This document shows, one piece after another, positions 47,567-58,560 of a stretch of DNA of 64,000 nucleotides. Below the pieces are notes generated by a model, which saw only the letters and a program-made list of their open reading frames with translations, was not told the origin of the DNA and made no database searches. The position numbers and the translations under genes are program-made. The stretch comes from Vicugna vicugna (taxonomy: Eukaryota). The number at the start of each line of letters is the position of its first letter. Positions within the stretch are counted from its first letter, which is position 1. Location: NCBI GenBank assembly GCA_013265495.1, contig MU059537.1:1488001-1552000 (forward strand), read 5' to 3'.

Positions 47567-49249
47567 CTTGGGCAGACCGCCCACCTCCGTCCAGAGCCTG
47601 CCCATCTCCTCCGCAGCGTCGGTTCAGTGTTGGGCCCCAGCATTACGAAGCCAGCTGGGCCGTCACGTGTGATGGGATCTATGTGACAAGTCAGACAGGG
47701 CCGTGCACAGTGAATGGCAGGGACGGAGCAACGAGGGCAGAGGGCAGGGCGCCTAGGTCTTCAGGAAGTAGGGGCGTCAGCTCTTACCGGGCGTTTTAAC
47801 GTTCAGGACTCAAACTGCATAGCTGTACTTTGTTCCCTCTCACCCTCTGTGCTGTCTCTCCCGTCCAGCTTTGAAGCGTGGGTCAGCCTTTCAGGCTCCG
47901 ATCCCCTCAACACTGGGCTCACTGACGTCTCTGGGCAGAGCTACACCGGCCCAGCTCCCGGAGGCCAGTTGGTTACTGCGCTGCACAAGGGGGTTCGTGT
48001 GCACGCGACCTTCCCACCCGCCTGCGCGGGGAGCAGCCCGAGAGCAGAGTTGGGCCGGTGCGATGCCTGGCTGTAGGTTGTCTCTGGGGCACTTGAGGGG
48101 TCTGAGATGGGGGGTGACTGTCCGTTCGCAGTGTTTCAGCAGATCTCAGCGCCACTTGGGGTTAGCAGTATTCATCTAAGGAAAATCGCCTCCACCCAGT
48201 GGGGTGAACCATCGCACTCTCCCTGCATGGGCCTTGCCTGTCTCAGGTGGGGTCCATTCTGTGTTCACTGAGGGGTTCTCAGGAGGTCGGTCCATTCCCC
48301 CTCCTTCGAGATCATAGCAGTTTTATCCCGGCTGCATCCTGCGGAGGCACTGGGAATGAGCTGTACTCCGCCCGGTCTGCCCTCAGGGTGCGGGCGGCAT
48401 CGGAAGCCGGTTGTAGGGTGGAGGGTTTTCTGGGGAGGGAAGGAAGAAGGGGCCTTGCCAGGACATCAGCGGCTGGGGGGACCTGGAGGAGGACCTGGAG
48501 AGACACAGCAAAAACCTGTTCTAGTAAACAATGGGGAGGGACTCTTATTTTTGTTTCTGTGTTGCTTTTTTATAAATGCAATTTTGTTTTAATATAACTA
48601 TGATCTTCATTTTTTCAAAAGTCAAGCACAACAGAAAAGTATTAGAAGCAAATATTCTGGATCTTACTGGGCGGACGGAGAAATTATTTTCCCTAAAAGT
48701 CGCATCATACTGTGCAAGTAATTTTTAATAAAATAAGTTGCATTTCACTTTAGTGTAACCGAGGAAAAGGAGGTGGACGTAACATGTGAGGAACTGCTGA
48801 ACTTCTGGTGTGCTGATTCGTGGCAAGAGAAATTGTTACCGAGAAACCCTCTTTAAGAGGAAGAAATTGTGAAGACCCCGAGGACAGAGCGTAATTACGT
48901 CATACTGTTAAACTCTGTATTTTAGTTTTGCACATTATTGACTTCTTGTTATAAAACATGAGAAGATTTGTACTTGTGTATTTATTATCGTTTCCTGATC
49001 CCCATTCTGCCCCTAAAGGTCGGCTGTTTCCTTGCTAAGGTTTGTAGCACTTACGTCCTGTTCTCTGATCGCAGTTGCCCAAGGTGATCGGCCCCCGCCG
49101 GGCGTTTGAACAGGGGCGGCGCTCTCCGCCTGCCCTGAGCCTCGGCTTTTCCCTTCTTGGGTTTGCTCCTGTGTGTCTCTCGGTTGATTGGATCGCATCA
49201 GGGGTATTTTTATTGGAGGCTGGCTGTCTCTTGGGCGGTAGATTGTCAT

Positions 49250-50680
49250 ATTTCTCACACGGCTGACAAATGCTTAATGAGTGTATACTGCTTGTCACAC
49301 AGGTTTGGAGGCAGGAGGCAGGTAGCAGCGAGCAAGGCAGAATCCTGCCTTCAGAGGCTCATGTCCTGGGTGGGTGGTGAGTCCCTGAGGGAAGCGGAAT
49401 GTGAGCGTGGCAGTTCTGGGAAGGCATGCGGCGCTCAGACTAAGGAGGCCGGTCTCCCAGGGCGGTGGGGGGCTTCTCCTGGGGAGGCCTCTGTTCTGAG
49501 GTCTGACTGAGGGGAAGACACAGCCACAGAGACCTGGGGTGGGGGCACCAGCTTCCCAGCAGAAATGACAGCCGGTGTGAAGGCGCAGGGCGGGACCCGG
49601 GGGTGTAGAGACCACTGCCGGGACTCGCGTTGGCTCCCAGTGGTTTCGTGGGCTGAGTCTGGAGGCCGCAAGAGCCAGCCTGGAGCTGTCTGGTCGCTCC
49701 TGTGCTGTAGAACGTCGGACCTTGCGGCTGCGGGTTGGAGATAGAGTGTGAGAGCGGAGGGCAGGAGAGCAGGGACAGGGAGACGGGTAGGAGAGGTGGC
49801 GCCTTCCAGATGGCCTGCATTCCACGGGGGTGCGGAGAGGTGGGCAGATCGGAGAGACTCAGGAGAGTGAGGCCATCCCGGCAGCCATGGGCCTGAGCAC
49901 GTGGCCGTGGGTCGGCTGTGAATGAGATGGGAAAGTGCGGTGGGAGGGAGGTTGTGGGGAAAACTGCAGGTCCTTTGAAGCACGTTCTGTTGGCGTCACT
50001 TAGCCCTCGGGCAGGGCTGTGCCGGGGCCGTGCCAGGGCCTGTGGGCCTCCAGCTGGTGCGCCAGGGAGGGGCCTGGGCTGGAGGGAGAGTGTGAGAGTC
50101 CACAGCTCGTAGAGGACCATGTTGAAAACCACGGGTCTGGACAGGACGACTGAGGTGGTGGCAGAGAGGGAGCACCACACTTGGGGCACCTGGCATCTGC
50201 GCGTGACGGGCCGGGGTGGGCACAGGAGACCCGGAGGGAGGCCCACAGAACGGAAAGTGATGCGGGTGCCTGGAGAGGGGAGGCGCCTCCGGGAAAAGGT
50301 AGCGGGAGACCGGTCACAGCCACTGAGTCACCAAGGGAGGCGGGGCGAGAGCTGAGCCCTGGCTTTGCTGCAAGTCAGGAGCAGGAGGCGGGAAAGCTGG
50401 CCGGGGTGGGTGCAGGGAGAATGGGGCTTCAGAAGAAGAGGCAGTGAGAGTGGGCAGGGCTGTGGGGGGGCTTGGCTGCCAAGGAGGGGAGAGCTGGGGG
50501 ACACATTGGGTCAAGAGGAGGGGGTGTTTCTAAGGCTCGTGATGGCACCGTGTTTGTGTGCCGCCGAGGATGGTGGGCTAGAGGAGACTGCGGTGATGCG
50601 GCCGGAGCGGGTACCAGGGTGGAGCCTTCCAGAAGGCCCTAGAGCTGAGATGCACACAGAGGCAGATGTGGCCTCCAGAA
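49250..50680 (-). mobile_element. Long degenerate L2
   Basis: acaaatgcttaatgagtgtatactgcttgtcacac..gaatcctgccttcagaggctcatgtcc, then purine-rich L2 body (gttgaaaaccacgggtctggacagg). Confidence 0.75.
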
Positions 50681-50750
50681 GCCACCGGGATGCCACTCCC
50701 CTCCTAACAGGGGGGTGTCGGACTTGGGGCTGCAGTGCAGGGTGGAGGCA

Positions 50751-50835
50751 TCTCTTCTCATCCTTCCTCTTCCCCCTCCTGCCCCCTCCCCTCCCACCGC
50801 CCCTCTTTTCTCTCCCTCCTCCTCCTTCACCCTCC
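50751..50835. repeat. Polypyrimidine (CT-rich) low-complexity tract
   Basis: tctcttctcatccttcctcttccccctcctgccccctccccctcccaccgcccctcttttctctccctcctcctccttc. Confidence 0.85.
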
Positions 50836-52004
50836 ACACTCTGAGCTCCTGCTGCACTTTCTTGATGCTAGCACACCTCAAAACCTGTGATCCCCCTACA
50901 CCCTGCCACCTTTTGACACCGTCTAAGCCACAGTTAGGTAATGGCTGAGTTTGGCTGCATCCTTTTAGTCTGCAAGAGGAGAGGTGCTCTGACAGCCTGC
51001 TAGGTGGTCCTGTGCTTCGGGCAGGGAAGTCATGGGTGCAAAACAGGAGTCTGAAGGTTGCCCATGGGGGCCTGGACTGCTTCGTTGGTATTTCTTTCCT
51101 CCAGCCTCCCTGTCTAGACGCCATAGTGCTTCCCAAGGAGGGAGGGGAGCTGCCATGCGGTAGCTGTAGGAGACAGTTCTGGCAGCACTTTGAAGAAGAA
51201 ATGTTTATTTTTAACAATGAATCAGAGAAATGAAAGGCATTTCATTGACAGAGTCAGGCTGCGGCTCCCGCATGGAGAGCACCAATCAGGGCCTCCTTAA
51301 CCAGAGCGGCCGCTCCCTCCCCTCCCGTGGGGTGGGGGCCAGACCTCAGCAGGGTCCTCGGGTGAAGGGCTTGCCCCTTTCCTCACTAAGTGGACGGGGA
51401 ACAGAAGAGAGATGTTTGCTTTGAAACAGAGCAGAGTCGTCAGCTGGTGAATCCCGTGGCAGGTCTGCTTCAGTGAGATGAGTTCCTGGAGGTGCGGGGC
51501 TGGGCCAGCTGATGACGCTTCTCCATGATTTTCATTTTACGCCATAAAGACTTCTGCGTGGAAAAGAAAGGATGGCTTATATTTACAGAGAGAGATTTTC
51601 TCAGGACGTTAAAGATAGAAGAAGTTGAAATTTATACTTTTCAGTATAATCTAGTGGGTTTCAATACCTTTTTTTTTTTTTTAAATAAACAGCATGCTTT
51701 CTGCAGATCAGCCGTGCAGAGGGAACCTGAGGTATAAACAACCACACCACGCCCAGTAGAGGTGGGTGTGCGGCTGTCGGGGGGTCTTACTCACAGAGTC
51801 CCTGTTTTCCTGGGACAGCATCACTGAGCACCAGCTTCTGGAAGCTGTGGGCCGTGGGGCTCACAAAGGCCTTGAGGGAAACAGGTCACTCTCTGCGTGT
51901 CTCTCTCTATCCAGTATCCATATTTGTAGATGGTCTAGCTGCAGATTGTGGAGATACAGAGGCAGCCCAGAGAACACAGAGAAGGAAGAGCTGGAGCGCA
52001 TGGC

Positions 52005-52200
52005 TTTCAAGCCCAGCCCTGCACTGATCCCAGCCCTGTCACCTTGGGCAGGTGATGGGACAGGACCTCTCCAGGTATCAGTTTCCTGTCTCTCACATAG
52101 AGTGACCACACGCCTGCTCTAAGGATTCATTGTGAGAGATGAGAAACACGACCCCACGACAGGGCTCAGCACTGTGGCATGGCCCTGACTCACGCTTGGT
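52005..52200 (+). mobile_element. MIR SINE
   Basis: gtcaccttgggcaggtg..tcagtttcctgtctctcacatagag..ggattcattgtgagagatgagaaac. Confidence 0.8.
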
Positions 52201-52639
52201 GAGCCCCCCGCGGTGGGGAGTGTCACCCAGACCCCGTGCGCTCAGGGAGGCAGGTCATCTGGCTGAGGACAGGCAAGGCTTCCCTGGAGCCTGGCCGCCG
52301 GCTGGAGCCTCACGGGGCCCCAGTCCCGCTGACACTCGGAGAGCAGCCCCATCCAGGAGCAGCTCTCAGTGGAGCTCAGGAGGCAGAGTCAGCTGTGGTG
52401 GCCTGATACATTCCAGCTCTCCCGCTGGCCTTGGGAAGGGTAGGCGGGGCTGCGTGCTGTGCAGTGGGCTTGGTTCTTGTGGCTTTTAGACAGGAAGGGA
52501 GTGAGCCCAGCAGGCTGTCACCGTCAGTGGGGATTGGAGACCCTGGGCTCCCAGCGGAGTTACGGGGCCTGCGAGCCAGGCTGCCGGCGGTATTTCTATG
52601 ACCTCCCCCAGTTTAGGAGCTTTTAGTGGGCAATTTTAC

Positions 52640-53520
52640 TTTTACAGAGATTTGTTTTCATTATAATAGCCTTACAAGTTCACTATAGAAGGTGTTAAAA
52701 ATACAAAAATGTTGGAGGAAAACAATTATACTTCTACTGTCCAGACTCAGTCACTGTTGTCTTTTTTTTAGTTGAACTTTTAATTTTGCAATAGTTGTAG
52801 GTTCACGTGCAGTGATAAGAAATAATACGAAGAGATCCATGCAGCCTTTAGCCAGTCTCCCCCAGAGGCGACACCTGCGGAACTGCAGTGCAGCATCACG
52901 ACCAGGTCAGGACGCAGGGCAGATACATCACCCCAAGATGCCCCGTATCATCCTTTCATAGCTACACCCACCAGCTTCTCCTTAACCCCTAGAGTTCACT
53001 AATCTGTTCTCCATTTACTAATTTTTTCCATTTCAGGGATGTCATGTAAATTTACTGTACAGTCCTTTGAGTTTGCTCTTTTCACTCACGCAAGTCTCTG
53101 CAGATTCATCCAGGTTGTTGGGTTCATGCGGTCGTTCATTCCTTATTTCAGCTGTTACTCCGTGGAAGGGATGTACCACTGTTGGTTTGACCATTCACCT
53201 CCCTGAAGGACATACAGGTTGTTTCCATTTTGGGGCTCTTACGAATAAAGCTGGTAAAAATTTTCATAACTGGTTTTTGTATGAGAAACGTGTCTTCATC
53301 TCTCTGGGGAGAAGGAGCAGGAGGGCAGTGGCTGGGCAACATGGCTGTGACATGGTTAGTTGACCAATTGGGGGGAAAACTGTTCAGTGATTTCCGGAGC
53401 GGCTGTACCGCTTGACGGTCCCACCAGCAGTCTCTTGAGTCGTCTGGTATCTCCTTCTCCTCCTCCTCCTCTTCAAACTTTGATTCAAGCACTGTTCTTA
53501 TTCCTTTTCTACACACAGTG
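52640..53520 (-). mobile_element. L1 3' end (L1MB8/L1MC1-like) with a short L1ME piece upstream
   Basis: ttttaattttgcaatagttgtaggttcacgtgcagtgataagaaataatac, cactaatctgttctccattt, gattcatccaggttgttg, aaggacatacaggttgtttccattttgggg. Confidence 0.9.
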
Positions 53521-53740
53521 GTAACAGTCACGGCCACCGTTTATGGGGTGCCCGCTCTACGATAGGCAGTATGCTAAGCTTCTCATTAGAACAGCTCCCA
53601 GGGTGGGTTCACCTTCCCCTACTTTACACAAAGGGAATCTGAAGATCAGAGAGGTGGAGTGGTCAGTGCAGCATGGCACGTCTATGAATGGCAGAGGTCG
53701 GATGTGAGCCCTGCCCTCCAACACCATGGTTCTTTTCTCA
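53520..53740 (-). mobile_element. MIR SINE
   Basis: ccctactttacacaaagggaatctgaagatcagagaggtggagtgg..atggcagaggtcggatgtgagccc. Confidence 0.8.
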
Positions 53741-53759
53741 ACATCATCAAGTTGGATGG

Positions 53760-54245
53760 ATGTTTTTGTATCTTGCCTTGTTCACTTAGTGTTAGTACAT
53801 TTCAGTCAGCATCATTGTCAATGTAATTTTAATGGCTGTGTGATACTCTGTTGCACAATGTTACCAGAATATCCTAAATATTTTTCCCAAGTGTTGGACA
53901 TTTAGGTCCTGCCCCTTTTATTGTCAATTTAATAAACACTGTTGTGATAAAGATTGCTTATCTTGTTTATCTCTGTGGAAAGAGTTGTTCGGATCCCAGA
54001 TCACATTCTCAGGAGAGATTCCGAGAAGTAGAATGGCTTTGTCTGAAGGTGTGAACATTGAACGGTGTCAGACTGCTTCCCACAGGTCTTTCCCAGCTCA
54101 GCAGCCCAGCTGTGTGGGCAGACGTCCGCGTGGCCCCACGCTCCACGGCAGTGGACGTCCTTGGGGTGGCCTCAAACAAATGTGAGCTTGACTGAAACAT
54201 GAGTGGTTTTGACCTGCAGGCACGTGATCTCAAACTAAATCAGAC
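53760..54245 (-). mobile_element. L1ME-like fragment
   Basis: ttttaatggctgtgtgatactctgttg, gttggacatttaggtc, ttaataaacactgttgtgataaag, attccgagaagtagaatggct. Confidence 0.8.
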
Positions 54246-55574
54246 CATTCTGATTTCTTTCTGTGTAACAAATGCTGCTTTTTCTCCTTTTAGCTATCTT
54301 TTGCAAAAGCTTCATTTCTAGCAGAAGAATTAATTTGAGCGCCAGGCAGGCTGGGAAAATATGAAGTTTGTTTGTCAAGGACGGGCCTGTTCAAAGTGGT
54401 ACGTTCAAGTCGAGTAGTTTATAATCCTTAACTTCTTAGCCCTCTCTGTTGTGTCTCTGTCACCACCATAAGGTTAATGAGGTTGTTGAAGTGCAGGGAC
54501 GTCTCAGTGCCGTGACGCTGTCCTCTTGGTCTCACCCGTCTCCGTTATTTGGCAGAGCAGAACGCTCGCTGTGCCGGAAGCTTCCGGGCATCCTGTCACC
54601 GCCCAGCCCGGGAGCCACCTCCCTGAGACGCCTCGTGTGCAGGGGGACGCGGCGCGCTGGTTCTTCCGATGCGTTCTTCATGCCGAGGAGACATGTGGCT
54701 GTCTCATGTTTCATTTTAGATTCTTCCTTCCTTTGAGTTCTGAGAAAAAGATGGCTGCTGGGCCTGGGTCCTAAAACACGTGGCTTTCGTCGGGCTGGTG
54801 TAGCTGGTAACAGCAGCAGGAGGCCTTCCTGCAGGCTGGATCAAAACTCAAATTTCAGATGAGGAAGAAATGGGTCACCAGACTTGAGAGTGTTTCTTTC
54901 CGCTAGCAGCATCCTTCCCTTGTGAAGCCTTCTTCAGCTTCGTTTAGTTCCCAGGCTTGGAGGATGTGCAGTGTGTGGGAGAAGCTGGGCCCGAGTAGCA
55001 CGAGGTGAACAGTGGCGCCCCTGGTTCCCAGGGAAGCGGGGGCAGAGGCGGGGCTATTGCCAGACTCTGGCTTCGTTCAGTACGTGCTGTGAGAAACAGC
55101 CATGGAGTTCCTCCTGTGCGCTGGGCCTTGGGCTGGGTGTCGGGACCGAGAGAAGCACTGAGACTGGGGGTGGGAGCCACGCCTGGCTGGTCCAGTGACC
55201 CGTTTATGACCCGGCCACTTAGGATGTCTGCAGTGGATGACTTACATTTATTTTCATTACAATAGATCAGCGACTGAACACACGAGTGTGACCAGCTTTC
55301 CCAAACCAAAAAAAGAGGGGGGTTACCCCCCAAGGAATTTTCCCTGGTTTGTATCTTTATGTGGAATATCTTATAGCTGCGTCAGGTGTGCATGTTTGAA
55401 CGCATTGATGTGGTGCTGAAGAGGGCTTGGCCCACTGCCTCATCACCTGTGAAAGAGGGACCTTGACGGTGCCTCCTCCCAGGTCCATGCCAGGTCGACG
55501 TCAGAATCCAAGCCTTTTGTCAAATGTATACGTTGTGAATACTTTCTTCTCATCTGTGCCTTGCCTCTTCATAA

Positions 55575-56230
55575 AAAAAAATCAGATTTATCTGAGTATC
55601 GTTATGCGCATTAAAATTCACCCTTTTTGGTATATAGATTTCTGAATTCTGACAAAACCATGCATGTAACCACCACCGCAAAAGCATTCAACAAACCTTT
55701 CCCTAAATCCAAGTAACAGATGTTTTCTCCTGAAACTTTCATAGTTCTAGGTTTTACATTAGGACCATGATCAATTCTGGTTTTATTTTTTCTTCCGGTG
55801 CAAGGCATGAGTTGAAGTTGGTTGGTTGGTTGGTTGGCCCAGTTGCTCCAGCAACACTTGTTAAAAAGACGTTTCTTTCCCTGTTAAGTTGCCTTTGCAT
55901 CCTTGTTGAAAAGCCGCTGGCCGATGTGTGCGGGCCTGTTTCTGGGCGCTCTCCTGCTGTGTTGACTTGTGTGTCTCTCTCGCCACGCGTCTTGGTGATG
56001 GCAGCTTTGTAGTAAGTCTGGAAGCCAGGTAGTGTGAGTCTCCCAACCTTCTTCCTTTTCAAAATGCTTTTCTATTCTAGTTCCTTCGCCTTTCCAGATT
56101 ACTTGTAGAATCAACTCATTGATTCCTCCCGAGTGTCCTGCCGGAATTGGGGCTGAGGTGGCAGGAAGCTGTAGGTGAATCTGGGGAAAGCTGATGCCTT
56201 AGCTCCTACCTAGTCTCCCAGCGAAAAGGG
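55575..56230 (-). mobile_element. L1M ORF2/3' fragments containing (GTTG)5 at 55817-55837
   Basis: ccagttgctccagcaacacttgttaaaaagacg, gcagctttgtagtaagtctggaagccaggtagtgtgagtctcccaacc, tttgtagaatc-like ttacttgtagaatcaactc. Confidence 0.9.
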
Positions 56231-56969
56231 CTCTGCTTTTCCCACCGAATTGCTTTGCTGTTTTTCCCCAGAGCTCATGAATCTGGATCTGGCTCTGTCA
56301 GTTAGTGACCGTATCTGCTTAGAAAAGACGCACCATCCGTCTGACCCTCCACGTCTTCACTTGTCAATTGGAGAAAGAATACTTACGCTTTGGGACGGCT
56401 GTGAGGACTGAGTGGGGTGATGAGGGCGGAGCGGCTGGTGCGGCCCCCGCCGTGACAGAGTGCTGTGCTGCGCTGGGAGCCGCGCTGGGGCAGAAACTCC
56501 TCCTGTTCCGCCAGCATTTTGCCACCGCGGCCTGCGCCCTCGTGCTCCCGCTGCATCGTGACACTGCCCAGAGCTAAGGGTGCAGGGCTGAGAGGGGCTG
56601 CACGGGGCCCTGTTGGTCTCTGAAGCCCCTGTGTGAGTGTGGGCGGGGAAGCCCTGCTGGTGGCTTCTAGCAGGTGTGGCTCCTCCGGGGTCAGCGCGGG
56701 TTTGGTTCAGGGGGCAGCTGGGCTGGCGTGAAATGCCGCGGATACTGGTCTGATCCTCCTGAGCCAGGTGCTGGCTTGGTTTGAGACCCCACTGTGCTGT
56801 CTGATCGCTGTGGCAGATGTCAAAATAAGACCCGGTGCCCCCCCACCCCCCAGGGAGCCCCTCACCTAGCCGTGGAGTGGGGACTGTCTGGGGTTTTGTT
56901 CCCATTGCAACCGCTAATTGTTACGATTCTTTAAAGGAAAGTCCACATGTCTCTGCGCCATCGTTAAAT

Positions 56970-57160
56970 ACGTATGTGTGTGTCACATATGTGTCTGCAC
57001 GTGTGGCGCATGTGTTCATGCGTGTGTGCATGTATGTATGATGTGTGCGCACACGGGGCACGTGTATGTGTGTATACGTGTCGTGTGTGTGTTATGCACA
57101 CGTGTGTGTATTTGTGTTTCGTCTGTATGCATGTGTTGTGTGTGCACATGGATGTGTGCA
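56970..57160. repeat. Degenerate (TG/CA)-rich low-complexity repeat
   Basis: About 190 bp of tgtgtg/gcatg/cacacg units. Confidence 0.9.
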
Positions 57161-57644
57161 GGTTTTTTAACTGTTAAGTCTAGGACTGGCAGCCGTGTGT
57201 GGAGCCTGGCCTGTTAACCTGTCTCTGTTGCCAGTGTAAGTTGGAACAGTCCCTCAAGAAGGCTGAACGTCAGTACACATCACCTGTGCTATAGTGACGT
57301 TTCTGTCTTCTGCCTCCAAATTCGTATAATTCAGATATGGGGAAAGAAGGCGTGCGTGAAGATGTGTTCCAAGCTTTACCTGTATTAGCAGATACGAGAA
57401 CGACTTGAACGCCCACAACCAGGGGCACTTTTGGTGGCTTGCAGTTCGTTCAGGTAGCGGTTTGTGACGTGGTCAGTAGAAGGTCTGTGCACGTCAGTTA
57501 CCTAAGCTCTCGAGGTTGTGTCCACCCATAAACTGTGTGCCTGTGGACGTGGCCCAGAGGGGACTACCCAGGCAAAGCCATGGCGATGTGGCAGAGTCGG
57601 GTGCTCTACCCGTGTCGCCTGAATACCCTCTCCTGACCCTTCAA

Positions 57645-57775
57645 GGTGGATAACATCACCGTTACCTTTTAGAGGAACAGTCCGAGGCCTTCGGTGGTTA
57701 GTGTGTCCAGCCTGTGTGGGCAGTGAGCCGTGACTGCGAGGTCTGAATTTGAACTCTGGGCTCTCTGCACCTGAG
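57645..57775 (-). mobile_element. MIR SINE fragment
   Basis: ccgttaccttttagaggaacagtccgaggcc..gcgaggtctgaatttgaactctgggctctctg. Confidence 0.65.
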
Positions 57776-57999
57776 ATGGTCTGGGCGGTGCTGGCTGAGC
57801 AGCCTAATGGGGTTGAATTCTCCTCTTCTTTACGACTAAGTAATTCTGCTATCCCGCTCACATTCTTTACAAGTTGGATGAGCACAGTGACTTCGGGAGG
57901 GGAGCTGGGGGCTCTGTCTTTGTGCAAGTAACTGTTCACGGCATGGGACTGGCAGGCACGTTCTGTGTGTGTGGCCTGGACCCTGCCAGGGCCAGTTGG

Positions 58000-58560
58000 T
58001 TTGTGCATTTCAGAAAGTTAAGTTTTTCAACATTTAAAATTTTGTTTTCCTTCTAGTGTTTTTTATCCACAATATATTGTGAATGCAAGGGAAATTCAAG
58101 GATGAATGACGACTTAATATAGTAACAGATAAAATAATAAGTGACAGATAAAATAATCATATTCGCATTGACAGTGGAAAGGTCTTTGTATAATTCAGGT
58201 AGTTAATACTCACTCATTTACCTTATCAGGCAAAGCTGCATCGTTTACGCCAAATGAGGCGTTGTTATCTGTTATGAATGAGGAGGATTGAACACGTGTC
58301 CTGGGCAGCGCTGTTTGTGGTAAGCTGATTAGGTTTTGATTGCTGCCTGCAAAATACAAATGGACTAATTAAGCTACTTTGATTTAAGAAATTCAGAATA
58401 CAGGTGATCACCCATTCCCGTTTCATCCACGAGCCTGGTTTCATTAGGAGGTCTGCTGAGTTTGCATTATTCTTTTGAGTGAGGAGTATTGATGATGGAA
58501 GTGTCTTTGCAAGTGAAAATAATTTAATTCATAATTATGTAAAATTTCCCAGGGAAAGTC
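58000..58560. promoter_or_regulatory. AT-rich non-repetitive block, candidate enhancer or conserved noncoding element
   Basis: Four GATA sites (58127-58132, 58146-58151, 58223-58228, 58265-58270), TAATTA homeodomain cores and TGATTTA; no repeat recognised. Conservation not testable here. Confidence 0.35.

Noticed and set aside
48620-48720. Exon-like segment (KHNRKVLEANILDLTGR)
   Set aside because: Upstream and overlapping sequence resembles an L1ME 3' end in antisense; no recognised protein.
49295-50323. Three overlapping long minus-strand ORFs (176-268 aa)
   Set aside because: They lie in a degenerate L2 whose C-rich strand lacks stops; no family motif is seen.
54293-54400. Strong acceptor tttttctccttttAG with downstream donor GTACGT
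   Set aside because: All three frames contain stops and it abuts an L1 relic; no further support.
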